Of a stretch of DNA of 64,000 bases, positions 13,016-26,168 are shown piece by piece. The DNA lies in assembly GCA_965112155.1 (NCBI GenBank), contig OZ218104.1; one strand, written 5' to 3'. The translations under genes were made by a program, and so were the position numbers. Within the stretch, counting starts at the first letter, position 1; each line of letters begins with the position of its first letter. The DNA comes from Podarcis liolepis (taxonomy: Eukaryota). The notes under the pieces are model-generated. The model did not search any database. It saw only the letters and a program-made list of their open reading frames with translations, and was not told where the DNA came from.

Positions 13016-13936
13016 GACTGTAGCTCTCAAGGGCGACAGGCTGAGGTCTTTCCTAGCCCTACAAGAAGATGCTGGGGACCAAATCGGGGGCATTTTGCAT
13101 GCAAGATATATGTTGGGATACCACCTTTCTGAACCCGTGCCTTCCCTGCCAGAACACCTCTGTTCACTGAAGCTCATCCTCTCCCCTCAGCACCACATGA
13201 AGCCATCCTCTTAGCCAAACAGAACATTTCTCTCCCGTCAGAGCGGCTGCACTGATCTTCCACATTCACTCACCACCCCTTTCTCCCCTCAGGAGTTGGA
13301 ATGATCATGAATATTCTATGAGCGCTCGCAAGATTGCTTAATACAGATTAATGACCTTCTTAGCAGGCTTTAACCACTTATTTGGGCGCCCACACCACGG
13401 AACTTCGGTCGGGTGCTATATTTTGTGGGCTCCCCCCTCCCCACGCTCCCCCCCTCCATCTACACTCCCAAATAACACGTAAAGGGATCTGTAAGTGTTT
13501 CTAGTCTGCAGTTTTAATAATTGCCGGAACACTTCAGGGCGATAAAGCTGGAAGTGAAAATGCAGAGTAACGATCGGGACTGTCCTTCAAATCCTGTGGG
13601 AGACTGTCGTTATAGTGTTTTCCAAAGTTTAGATGCAGTTGGGCTCAGTTTTTTTCTTCTTCTGGGTTTAAAATTCAAAGCATGCTTCATTCTCAGACTG
13701 TTAAAGGTATTCTTGGGATTTCTTGATTGACTCCCAACATGTTGAGTAGGCATCTCATTGCAGTTATGGGATGGGCCAGTCAATACTGCCTCCTGTGGGC
13801 CTGGTCTCCCCTTTATCCGTCCCCCAGGGCTCAGAAATGGGTCTCTTCCTTCTGGGCACTCAGTCCTTCATTTGGAAATTGCTGCTATTTGCTTCTGTCA
13901 CAGGCACCTCAGAAGCTGCCAGACCAGACTATTATA

Positions 13937-14162
13937 CAGTGGTACCTTTGGTTACGTACTTAATTCATTCCGGAGGTCCGTTCTTAACCTGAAACTGTTC
14001 TTAACCTGAAGCACCACGTTAGCTAATGGGGTCTCCTGCTGCTGCTGCGCCGCCAGAGCACGATTTCTGTTCTCATCCTGAAGCAAAGTTCTTAACCCGA
14101 GGTAATGTTTCTGGGTTAGCAGAGTCTGTAACCTGAAGCGTATGTAACCTGAGGTACCACTG
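13937..14162 (+). mobile_element. Tc1/mariner-type MITE family B, copy 1 (226 bp)
   Basis: TA|CAGTGGTACCT...AGGTACCACTG|TA; near-identical to four other copies in the window. Confidence 0.92.
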
Positions 14163-14169
14163 TACAGGC

Positions 14170-14560
14170 TGAAATACATGTCTGATCTAGGTTGGTGTTG
14201 TCTACTCTGACCGGCAGTGGCTCCCTTGGGTTATAGGCAGAGAAGGTGCCTTTTCTGTCACCTAATACCTGGTTCTTTTTTTAACAGGAGATGCTAGAGA
14301 TTGAACCTGGGACCTTCTGCATGCAAAGCAGATTCTCTACCACTGAGCTATGGTCCTTTTCTTAAGACACAGAAACATAGGAATTTGCTTTGTGCAGAGC
14401 CAGGCCACAAGTCTATCTAGTTCAGGGTAGTCTTCTCTGACGGGAAGCAGCTGTCCAGAATTTCAGATGGGGGATGATTCCCATTCCTACCTTGAGATGC
14501 CAGGGATCGAAACCAAGTCCTTCTGCATACAAAGCGGATATTCGCCCACCGATCTGTGGC
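14170..14560 (-). mobile_element. Two tandem Squam3-like tRNA-derived SINEs
   Basis: Reverse complement of the head TAGCTCAGTGGTAGAG..TTTGCATGCAGAAGGTCCCAGGTTCAAT plus the body CTGCC.GTCAG.GTAGAC...CTAGAT. Boundaries are approximate. Confidence 0.7.
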
Positions 14561-17059
14561 CCCTTTTTGCGATTTTAATCAAAGGTCTTTTGGTCCATGG
14601 GGGATGTTTATCTAAGCTTCCTCATCGCCGTTGCTGTTCCTTTAAAAAAAGAAAAAAGAAGAGGAAAAATCGATTTAATCACATTTATATTTAAATGGCT
14701 CAGAACTTCAACAGGGATTGTAGTAATTCCACAGCCTCAGACATTTCTGCAGGCTGGTCTGTGATCAACTAATGCATGGTAATGCAGTCCCGTGAGCTGC
14801 TGCTGGGAATCAGGTAGCGTGAATTTTTCTAAGCAATGAAGATCTACACTCCACCAGGACTACACATTTAAAGTACTGTTATACTACTTTAAACAGTCAC
14901 GACCTCCCCCAAAGTATCCTGGGAACTGTAGTTCGTTAAGAGTGCTGAGAGTTGTTAGGAAACCCCTATTCCCCTTACAGAGCTACAATTCCCAGAGCTT
15001 CCTGGGAAGAGGGATTGATCATTAGGCTACTCTGGAAATAGCAACTTTGTAAGGCGAACTGGAGTCTCCTTACAGCACCCTGCAGCCTTAACAAACTACA
15101 CCTCCCAGGATTTATTGGGAGAAGCCGTGGCGCTTGAAGTGGCATGATACTTCTTTAAACGGATGGTTGTGGTTGTTTGGGGTTGTGTCCCATGCTACTC
15201 AGAGGGTAAGGGGTCTGCTTTGAGTAGAACTTAGTTGGAAACAACCCTTGATCATCTGGGTCAGCTGTCTTTAAGGGATCAATGCAGAGGGTTGAATCCA
15301 GGCGCAAGGAAAAAGCTATGCAGAAATGTAGTTGATTCCGTCCCTGGCATTATCATTTGTAATGCAAAGTTTGTATTATTGTCCTTGTGTTGGTTTTGTG
15401 CCTGAGCCATTTTGCGTGGGCATCTGCCAAGGAAGAGCATAATTTTGTATACTTCAAAGCAGTTAACAAACGGAATAAAACAATAAAATTATCATTTTAA
15501 AAAAAGAAACAACAGTTGAAAGCTTTAACCCTTAAAACCCCCCAATTAAAAGCAATATAAACGCTAGAGGCACACAAGGGCAAAAGTGCCTTCTGTCAGG
15601 ACGGTGACCTGCCCTGGCCAAAGGAGCAGCAGGTGTGTGGGACAGATGAATGTCCTGATGAGACCGAGCAGGAGATGGGAGTGGTTATTTGAGTCAATGC
15701 TATCCTAAAGGATTAGGAGCTCAGCCGAGCAGCGGCCAAAACCCTTCTCATCCCACGCCTGCCTAAGAAGCGAAGACTTTTCCTTTCCCAAAAGTGCCCT
15801 TGAGAGGAGAAATTCCTTTGTGGCAATTGTACTTGTGACTGGAGTTCCTAAGGAGGAAATGCAACAGGCAGGACGGATAGGAGGACCATTTATATTGGGG
15901 GGAGGCCCTCTCATGCGGCCTCGAGATGTCCGTTTTCTTCTCCTTGCCAGCATCTTCAGCTCTGACCCTTCTGTTTCCTCCGCATTAAGCCTCTCCCAGC
16001 TGACCTCCTTCCCCCAGAGGGGAGAGGTCATGCCGGCCCTCTCTGGGGCCTTAAAGAGAGGAGCATCAACCTGGCTTATCGTCAAAGCCGCGTCTGTCTG
16101 AGAGAATTTGTTATGTGGAAAACTGACGCAGGTGGACACAGCAGCCCCGAGGCCTTAGCAAGATGGATTACTGCTGGGGTGGATCAATTTCTTCGCTCAA
16201 GCTGCTGGAAGTCAGCGGCAGACACTTCAAAAGCCATGTGGATATCTGAGCGTGTGAGTGTGTGTTTGCTAGCTGCCGCTGGGAATACAGAGAAAAAGGG
16301 CTGGCGAGCAGCAGAGAAGGAAAAAGGGCCACGGAGCGTCTGCACTCCATTAAACCAGCAGCGGCGGTCGGCCCCCCCCCCTTTCCCCTGGCCGTGAATT
16401 CACTTGGCAGAACACGACAGATCGCATTCGCCTGTGTCAGAGAAGAAATAGGCTGGGATTAGTCTGCAAAGCCGACGGGAGGAAAATAGATTGATCAGTT
16501 TGCATGTTTGATTCTCTCTCTCACACACTGCTATTTTTTTTATTAAAGTTAGATTTCTTTTTTGTCTTTTGAATGGCCTCCCTCTCAACTGATTGGGTTT
16601 TGATCCTTGCTGTCCCCAAAGGAGGCGTGCGGAGGAATGGGTCGCCAATCTAATCGGGGTTGCCTTTCCATCAAACTGGGGAGCGGCATAGAAAGGCGCA
16701 CCATACCGAGTCAGACCATTGCTCCATCTAGCTCAGTATTGTATACCCTGACTGGCAGCAGTCTCTCACAGTCCTACCTGGAGGTGCCATTGGGGATTGA
16801 CCCTTGAACCCTCTGCAGGCATTACAGGTGCTCTGGCACCAGGCTACAGCCTTCCTCCATTTTGATACTCCATTATCTTGGGATAAAGAGACCTTGAATT
16901 CAAACATTATTTGTTTTACCTCAGGAGCAGGGAACATTTTCCCCACCCACCCCTGAGGGCCGCATCCCCTCCTTCGCAGCCTTGCAGGGGCCGCATGAGT
17001 GGTGGGCGGGTTCAGAATCAGAAGTGGGCGGAGTCACGTACCTGACTCCTTTCTTTGTA

Positions 17060-17277
17060 CAGCAGTGGTACCTTGGGTTACAGACGCTTCAGGTTACAGA
17101 CTCCGCTAACCCAGAAATAGTACCTCAGGCTAAGAACTTTGCTTCAGGATGAGAACAGAAATTGTGCAGTGGCAGCAGGAGGCCCCATTAGCTAAAGTGG
17201 TACCTCAGGTTAAGAACAGTTTCAAGTTAAGAACGGACCCCCAGAACAAATTAAGTTCTTAACACGAGGTACCACTG
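17060..17277 (-). mobile_element. Tc1/mariner-type MITE family B, copy 2
   Basis: Reverse orientation relative to copy 1. TA flanks, with CAG duplicated at the left end. Confidence 0.9.
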
Positions 17278-19484
17278 TATTTTAGCCGCTACAAAATGCA
17301 GAGCTTTCTACATTGTTGGGTGAGGATGACAACCTCTGGCCAAATAGGCTAATCTTTGGCCTGTGAGGCCATTTACCCCCCCCCCCCGGCCACACCCACC
17401 TTTGAATCCACAAATGACGTCAGCTGACAGGTGGGAGAGCTGGGTTAAACTTCTGCGTTGGCTGAACGCACCTGTTCCCAGCAGGATTTAAGCCCCCGCT
17501 CATCAGCTTATGAGTGGGGTGGGCGTGTGTGAAATCCTGCTCGGTTTGACTGCGCTGCCTGTTTCCTGTATGCAGCTATAGCAAGCACCCTGGAGGTTTT
17601 TATTTTTTTTTAAATGCATCAGCTGTGAGAGGGTCTTCTCCCACACGCAGTCAGTGCTTTCAAAAGGCAAGTCTCTTTCTCCCCATCCCGCGCCAGCTGA
17701 GAAGGAGGAGGAGGGGAGAAAGAACCACCCAGCCAACCTTGTGCCCAAAGTGCCAAGCAGAAGACTGGCCAACACGCCTTGCTCTGTGGTTCGCTTGCAC
17801 TAGCTGTTGGGCACTTGGAAACCCCACACAAGGGATTTTGACAGGTGGGCAAGACAACCCGCCTGCCAATCATACCGTGTCGTGATGATGTCATGTGATG
17901 GACTGGTGGGCTGGCCAGAAAGGTTCCCCTACTTGTTCTGCACAAGGTATGATTGCTGTTGAAGGACGGGCTGAAAAGCAATTTGAAGGGCTGGTGAGGG
18001 GTGTGGCCTGCTCTGGGGGTGTGGCCTAAGGAAGAGTTCCAAGGGCCATGTAGAGAGGCCCAGAGGGCCACATTCCCTGCTTTACATGCAGATTTAGACA
18101 GTTCTAGTCTCATGTTTGCAGGAAAGCCATCAAAACAGGCAATGCAAATGTCTTACACCTCCCTGCCATACCTAAATGCTTGAAACTGCTCTCTGCGATG
18201 TGCAGAAAAAGCCACGATGTACAGAAATCTTTTTTTAAAGTAGCAGTTGTAGTAGTAGTAGTAGTAATTAGGGCATATCATCTCTGGAGAATGAGGCTTG
18301 GAGGAGAGACCCTTCTCCTGGTACAGTATTTATCATCCTCCAGGACCAAAATATTACCAGACATTTTCCAGCATCAGGCACCTTGGTTGTAGCACGAAGG
18401 CAGGTGTTTAAAGAAATTAATTAATTAGTAAATTTCATGGCTGTTGAGTGGCAGGTCATTTTCAAAGCTTGCAAGCATCATTCAGATGATAGGTTTATCA
18501 ATAGGTCATCCACAGGCACTCCTTAATTATCGATCTGAACTACCAGTGTTCAGTGTTGACTCCTACAGTCATATCTGATACTAGTCCTACTCCAAATAGA
18601 CCCATTAAAGCTAATGGAAACGATCAACTTAGGTTCATTAATACACACAGTATATGGATACAATCCCAGGTGTTATTTGGGAGTAGGGTTACTTTGGGAA
18701 CCCCCCTCTCCCTATGAGGCTACCTTTAGTGCCATTTTCACCACCTGCTCCTCAGCCTTCTTTCTGCTATTAATTTCAAAGGTTTCTACTCTGAGTAAGA
18801 TTATCATTGGGTACAGCCCTGCCTTTTTCCTTTGCCTGTTACCGTCTCCTCTGTCTGCTGAGGGGGTCCCCTTCTTAATGAAAATATCAGACACTGGATT
18901 CTGACAGCAAGGGCGTTCTTCATTCAGGTGTTGCTTTCCAACTGTGTAACTTGCAAACTTACCCAGAGTCCTAGCTTGGGAACCTTCCAGAAGTCATGCA
19001 AACCTGTCTGTTTGAGCTAATCTTAGGAGCTCTGCGAAGAAAGCCCCTGGGGGAAATTCCAGTGAATTGCTTGAAATGTTGGGTACAGCCACTACCACAC
19101 CATTAAAACACTATCATACCACTTTAAACTGTCAAAGCTTCCCCCAAAGAATTCTGGGAGCTGTAGTCTGTTAAGAGTACAGAGAGCTGTTAGGGGACTC
19201 TGCCTAGAACTACAATTCCCAGTGCGACTTAACAATCTGCCCTTCCCAGGCCAGGGAACTCTTGGAACTGAGGTATAACTATTATACCACAACACAGAAA
19301 GATCTTCTTGCCTGGGAGTCTGCTGTTTCCCAGGATGAGGAAGTCCTTTCCCAGAGAGAAGATGTCCGTTGCCACAGGGCTGGTGTTAAGCACCTGTTTC
19401 TGACACTATGGATCACTAGGAGCTCATATTGGATTGTATTAATTGTTAATTAATTAATTGTTGGATTGTATTAGTTGTTGGGTG

Positions 19485-19566
19485 AAGACAGGAGTGCCTG
19501 GCGTGCTCTGGTCCATGGGGTCACGAAGAGTCGGACACAACTAAATGACTGAACAACAACAACAAA
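19485..19566 (+). mobile_element. 5'-truncated RTE/BovB retrotransposon 3' end
   Basis: GACAGGAGTGCCTGGCGTGCTCTGGTCCATGGGGTCACGAAGAGTCGGACACAACT followed by a (CAA)n tail. Perfect 10-bp TSD TTGTTGGGTG at 19475-19484 and 19567-19576. Confidence 0.88.
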
Positions 19567-21932
19567 TTGTTGGGTGTGTTTATTTGGTCCCCCCCCCATT
19601 GGCCTTACTTATATGCTATTGTGTTTTTGGTATGATTATGGCAAGTGTAACATTTGCTGGTTTTTTAATGCTGTTCTTATTGTGAGCTGCGTTGGACTCA
19701 GCATTGTTGTCAGAAAAGTGGGATGTAAATATCAAATCAAAACCAAATTGAATGGTACGGATGTGGCCTTTATTATCATTTTGGGGGTGGGGGTGGAGGA
19801 AGAGGCAGGAATTTATCTTTCCCAAGCCTTTAGGATAGAGGCGGGCTATAAATCTAACTAATAGGCACAGGCTAAAAAAGGCTGATGACCTCCGTCTTAA
19901 CAGTCTGTGCTCCCACGCGATGGTGAGTTTGCAAACTTTGTTCCCTCTGGAACAGAGTCTTGACAGTTGCTGGTGAAGGAGGCTTGTCCAGGATGGAATA
20001 TTGCTTGAAGCCATGAGCTCATTATCCTCCTTAGCTGTGCAGCCTTACCTGGCTCCTTGTCAAAATCACATACTGTGTTTGAGGTGTTCTGCCTCTTCCC
20101 TTCCCTTCCCTTCTTTCTTTCTTTCTCCTCTTCTCTCTCTCTCCCTCCAGAATGCAGCATGAGACAAATCCCCCCTCGAGGAAATCAGAATGATGTCTCT
20201 GGGGACACCCCCCCCCAAAAAATTGAAGGGGTACTCTCTTAAGAGCTCTTTGCAAAACAGTCCTTAACCGTGCCCTGGTTTTCTTTGCACATGTGGGTTG
20301 ACTTTGCACAGCTCCTGTTGACTTCAGCAAAGTCTGAGCGCAAGAACTTCCCAGCAGACGGTAACCTTTTGTTAATTGGTGTGTGCAAAAAGCGATGCCT
20401 TTCAGTTTACCCACTTCAGACACCAACATTTCTGTTTATTTCTTGCTGTGTTTTAGCCTCACCCTTCTTCCCAAGAAGCTCAGGCTAGAAATCATAGGCT
20501 CCCCCTGCCACCCTCACTGCTATTTTGTCCTCACAACAACCCTGTGAGGTAGGCTATCCCCAGAACTAACGACCAGCTCACAGCCACCACCTGGTGAGTT
20601 TCATGGCTGAGCAGAGATTTGAACCCTGCTCTCCCTGGCTGTAGTCGCAGAATTCTGCCCAATATACATGAGCTCCATGTGGGTTGTGTTTTGTTTTTTT
20701 TGTAGACTGTCTTGTGTATCTTCATGTGGTGAGCTAGTCTCTTCAGATATTCTTAAAGTTGACATTTTCCTTTAATGTCAAGCACAGAGCAGTGTTTCGT
20801 AGGTGGTGTTTCCCGAATTGAAACTGGATGCCTCTTTCTTGGCCACACCCCAAAATGTTTTCTTTTGAGAATGTGTAAGAGAATGACTTGGCCTCAGAAG
20901 GAATCCCACACCTTTCTGTCTCTGCACGAGTTCTGACTGGGAGCGGGCGACCATGTAGAGATGCGACGGGCAGCCTCTTCTTTTGAGTAGAGGGAGGTTC
21001 CTTGAGCCCTTTATTGTGCGAGCAATTGGATCATCCCATCTCACCCATTGGAGAGAGACAGCAAAATCACCTGCCCCAAGTGGAGGTTGGTTGAAACGAG
21101 GCAAGGGGTCCTGATCCGTCACAGCTTCCACCATTGCGAGGAGGTGGTGGCCTAACTTGAGCTGGAGATGAGCAGGCCTGTGGTTCTGGAGTTGGTGGCG
21201 CTGAAGTGAGACAGCACCCTGGACAGGGGCAGAGGTGCTGATCCAGTGTGTTCAGCAGCTTTCATTCAGGACCATGGTTAGCAATCATGCATCAGATACA
21301 GAAGGAGTCAGTTGACTCGGCTTTGGCCTGAAACAATTGTCAGGGGCTTTTTAGTTTGGGCTGTGGAGTCAAGGCCAAAAGCTCCTTTAAAGCCCCAGTG
21401 CTGTTTATGCAGCACTAGCTTCTTCTAGACAGTGAGGCTTGACGTTCAAGAGTCTATGTCTTGATCTGCTAAGGAATTTGCGGCCCACTCACCAGAATCC
21501 AGTAACAGAGGTGCTTCCTGTGAGGCTCAGGAAACAGGGTGCGGATTCTAGTAGCAGTGAATCTACTCAGGAAGGGCCGGCAAATAAACGACAAATACTG
21601 TTTCTCAAGGACTGCACATCCTAGGGCTAAGAACATAAGAAGAGCCTGTTGGATGAAGCCAGTGGCACATCTAGCCCATCATCCTTTTCTCACAGGGGCC
21701 AACCAGGTGCCTCAATGGGAAACCCACAAGCCGGGTCCGAGCGCAAGAACTGGCATTCAGAAGCATTGCTGTCTCCAACTGTGGGCAGAGCATAGCCACC
21801 AAGGCCCATAGCTTGGTCTGAAGCCATGACCCAAGTCCTAGAGTAGTACATCATGCAGAGACAGAGCGGTTAACCTCTCGGTGGATGCCCGACTATTTCA
21901 TGCACATGGAAAGCTGTATTTCTTGTGACGTA

Positions 21933-22174
21933 CAGTGGTACCTCGGGTTACATACGCTTCAGGTTACATACGCTTCAGGTTACGGACTCCGCTAACCCAG
22001 AAATAGTACCTCGGGTTAAGAACTTTGCTTCAGGATGAGAACAGAAATCGTGTTCTGGCGGCGTGGCGGCAGCAGGAAGCCCCATTAGCTAAGGTGGTGC
22101 TTCAGGTTAAGAACAGTTTCAGGTTAAGAACAGACCTCCGGAACGAATTAAGTACTTAACCCGAGGTCCCACTG
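21933..22174 (-). mobile_element. Tc1/mariner-type MITE family B, copy 3 (242 bp)
   Basis: TA|CAGTGGTACCTCGGGTTA...TAACCCGAGGTCCCACTG|TA, with one extra 16-bp subterminal unit. Confidence 0.92.
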
Positions 22175-24239
22175 TACTGGCAGGATTCCCCTCCTCTGTT
22201 ACTCACTTGCTGGGATGTCTTCTCTCTCTTCCTGACCAGACTGTGATTGGGAAGGGAGAAGTGAGTGAGTGAAGAGGCTCATTCCCCCCCCCCCCCTTGT
22301 CTGCACCCACCAGCCTTGGCTCTTAGCTGAGGGTGCTTAAGTCTGAACTGATTTGAGGCTGTTTCAGTGGTACTCTGCAGAGGGAGAGGGAGAGTGAATG
22401 CTAAACATAGCTCTTGAAGAATGCTGTGCAGAAAAAAAGAAAGCTGCTGGTGGTTAGTTATTAGGTACCACTTGTGACCTCTTGAGAATACCGACGCAGT
22501 GTGCGCCGTTTTCATCTTCTTTCCCACCTGTATTCACAAGCAAAGCTTTAGCAGCCTCTTGGGGATCAGCTTCTCCACTTTCTGCGTGGCAAGGTGTCAC
22601 TGTCGCCGGGGAGGGAATGAAGGAGAAAGTGGGAGAATCGTTTTGGATTTGATGGCATGACTCCTTTGCTCAGGTTTCATCTTGGACTGCAAAGTCCCCT
22701 AATCCTTTTCCCTACGTGTTGTTTCAAGTCCTCATTTTTTAAACTCTTGCCCTCCTGACATGAGCTTTGCAGCAGTTTCTGAACACACAGCAGATCCTTT
22801 CCTCCCTTTTCTCCAACTTAGGATCCTTTAGAAGGAGAAAGCCCCTCTCCTGGATACCCTAAAGCAGCCTTCTGCAGCGTGGTGCCTTCCATATGTTTTG
22901 GATTACAACTCCCATGCGCTGGCTGGGACTGCTGGGAGTTGTAGTTCAAAACATCTGGTAGGCAACAGCTTCTGGAAGGCTGCTCTAAAACCAAGCCGTG
23001 CTTATAGCTTACAGTTAAACTGGGGAACTCATTCCCACAGGAGACAGTGGTGGCCACCAACTTGGATGGCTATAAAAGAGGATTAGACAAATTTATGGAG
23101 GAGACAGCTATTGATGGAAGCAGCAATGTTTCCGAAAACCAGCTTCCTGGAACTGCCACAAGGGAAAGTGCTGTTGTGCCCAAATCCTGCTTTAGACTTT
23201 CCACAGGCATCTGGTGGACAAGAAGCTGGCCTAGATGGGCCACTGGCCTCACCCAACAACCTTTTCTTACATTCCTTAGCAGAAAGAAGAAAGAAAAAGT
23301 TACAGCTCCCTTTTATATCAAGCTCACAGGGCTGGTGCTGAGGATGCATTTGATCTGGGCCCCTAGGCAGCCTGGGCTTGTCTCCAATGCTGTTCCTACT
23401 CAGAGTGGACCCATTGAAGTTAATGGGTATAATAACTGCCTTGGGCCAATTCATATCAGTGTGTTTAAGGTGAGTGGGTTTCAACCCCTACTTAAGGGGC
23501 TCAATGGAACCTGCATATCCAAGAGCAGAATGGCACTGGAAATGATGGGAGAGGACGGTAGCCTTCATGCTCGGCTTGCAGGTTTCCCAAAAGAGACACC
23601 TGGCTGTTCACTCTGTGAAATAGGATATGGGACTAAACAGCCCCATGGCCTGAGCCGGTTGCAATCTTATACCCAGAAGACTTAATTCTCATTACGCAGA
23701 GAGGCCTCAGTTGCCTCAAATCATCCCCTCCCTAAGGCAAAATTAGAAGTAAGGCAGACTAGAGGCAGTCCCTGGTAAATAGGGATATGTCATCAGCTTG
23801 TGGCCTGAGCTTAGTGGCAGAGCATCTGCCCCAGGTAGGGCTAGGAGAGAATCCTTACCTGGAAAGCTAATCATCCAAGTGATGCTGACTATTTATATCA
23901 TCATGGGCACCACCCACCACTAACATGTGGCCCTCGGAAGGTTCTCCTGAAGAGAATGTGGCCTTTGTAGTGGGAAGAGATTCCTCACTCTTGCCTTGCC
24001 CCTAAAAACCCTCCATTAAAAAAAAACACCTTCAAATTCAACAGTATCTCTAACTGAGAATGTCGGGAGCATTCCGTCCAGGAAAAGGCAATGCTGGAAT
24101 TTATGCAAGCAAATCAGTTCATCGCAGGAGACCATCACCCCTCTAATAAACGCCCCCAGTCCCAGGCTACATGGGAGAGACAGCCTGGGGAAAATGTGTG
24201 GGTTGTAGCCAATGCTAGTCCTACTCAGAGTAGACCCAT

Positions 24240-24460
24240 TGTATTCCTTTATTATGTTTATATCCCCCCTTTCCTCCAAGGAGCTCCAGGTGGTGTACAT
24301 TATTCTCCCCCTCCCCATTTTATCCTCATGACAACCCTGTGAGGTGGGTTAGGCTGAGAGACAATGGCTAGCCCAAGGTTGCCAAGTGAGCTTCATGGCA
24401 GAGCAAGGATTTGAACCCTGTTTCCCAGGTCCTACTCTAACCACTACACCACATTGGCTC
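24240..24460 (-). mobile_element. MIR-like squamate SINE (related copies at about 20440-20660, 44245-44420, 44960-45370, 47975-48230, 62770-62900, 63820-63990)
   Basis: Recurring TTTTATCCTCACAACAACCCTGTGAGGTAGG...GAGCTTCATGGC..GGATTTGAACCC, the last part being a B-box reverse complement. Confidence 0.7.
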
Positions 24461-25395
24461 TCTGATTTAGGACCATAAAATCCAGCGGGATTACTCTGCT
24501 TAAAACTTAGTTGAACACAATGCTGTGCGCTTTCAACCACTTCTGGTGTTGTCGTTTTTTAAAAATAAAATCTTCCATCAAAATGAGAAGATGCGAACAG
24601 CTTTGCTGACGGCCGGCCGATTAGAGGGGATAGGGTTAAGTGATGCAGATGCAACTGGGAGGGGTGGGTGCATGGGAATTTGGGTGCTGGCTTGGAACTG
24701 CAGGTGAATTGGCTGTTTTGCTCTAAATATACAATCCTCCCATTCTGTCCTTTGGAAGCACTTGGGCTCCCGTACTGCGTTGCCATGGTGAAGGGGGGGG
24801 GGAGAAAGGGAGAGGGGAGGGTAGAGAAGAGAGAGCGAGTCACCAAAGAACAAGTGGCACCAGAAGGGGACAGATGGGGGGACCAGCAGGTGACGTGAGA
24901 GTGGAAGTGACCTAGGGAGTCAGCAGCTGGTCCGGGGCTCTGATGGCCTCCCAGCTGAGCTCTTGATTGGAAGGATGGATGGATGGTGAGCCAAAAGAGA
25001 AAGAAAAAAGGATGCTTTTGCCTGAGAAAACTTCCAGGGACTCCCAGCATCTCTTCAAAAGGGTGTGTGTGTGTGAAGGAACATTAAAGAGCACAGTGGG
25101 GTCCAGGGCGCACATTCCTGGCGGAGGGCTCATGCATCGTCAGGCAATGTTTTCACTCAAAGGCTGGCCGGCTCTTCAACTTTCTCCAAATGCGGACGCT
25201 GATTGCCTGCTTGCTTCTGCCTCTCCCCCAGGTTCGGCTTTGTTCCGCTCAGTTTGCACGGCAGTTTTCCAGGCGCCACTTTTTTTTTTAGTTTCTTTAA
25301 AAAAAAAAAAGGCTGCCCAAATGTGGAGTTGGGGGTGGGGTGGGGATTGCTCCACCACAGAGCACTATTGAGCCAGATATTTGGCTTCATCAAAA

Positions 25396-25767
25396 GGGCT
25401 GTAGCTCAGTGGAAGAGCATCTGCACTGCATGCAGAATGTCCCAAATTCAATCCTCAGCACCTGCAGGTAGGATTGGAAATGCCCCCTGCCTGAAACCCG
25501 GGTGAGCAACAGCCCTTCAGTGTAGGCACTACTGCACTAAGATGGACCAATAGTTCTGACTCAATGTAGTTTCCTGTTTTCCTGTGTCTTAAGGGAAGGG
25601 CTGCAGTTCAGTGGTAGAGCAGCTGCTTTGCATGCAGAAAGCCCCTGGCTCAATCCTTGGCGTCTTCGGGTATGGCTGGGGGGCTGCTGCCAGTCTGTGT
25701 AAACAGTACTGAACTTAAATGGACCAATGGCCTGATTCAGTATCAGGCAGCTTCCTATGTTCCTATG
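25396..25767 (+). mobile_element. Two tandem Squam3-like tRNA-derived SINEs (further copies at about 11345-11490, 16690-16850, 30110-30275, 33305-33460, 42232-42350, 43040-43140, 48610-48920, 49215-49340)
   Basis: tRNA-like head GGGCTGTAGCTCAGTGG.AGAGCA..TGCATGCAGAA and tail GATGGACCAAT.G..CTGA.TCAGTAT.AGGCAGCTTCCTATGTTCC. Confidence 0.78.
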
Positions 25768-26113
25768 GCTTTCCACCAGTTCAGTCTATCAGTTCAAGCA
25801 GAAATCCTGACCCTTTATAAGACTTGGACTTACAACTGCCCTGGGGCTCTGTTTTTTTCCTTTTTTAAAAATCAAACTTTATTTGGTCACAGACAAGCAT
25901 GAGATAAAACATGCAGATAAACTGAACACATAAGACTTAAAACAGGTAAGGGATAAAAACTAGTAGTTAAAAGGTGATATATCATATATAACTTTAAAAG
26001 ATAGGAAAGTAGGACAAACGGTTAAAAGTGACTATAAGGGAGGGAGCGTGGAGTACAGGTCTTGCATTTTGGGCCTAGTTTGGGACTCTGGGTAGCATCT
26101 CTGAAAGATAGCC

Positions 26114-26168
<55 letters not shown>

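Noticed and set aside
25396-25470. tRNA-like sequence (also at about 25598, 42235, 48612, 49215)
   Set aside because: These are degenerate heads of Squam3-like SINEs, each followed by the SINE body and lacking an intact cloverleaf.
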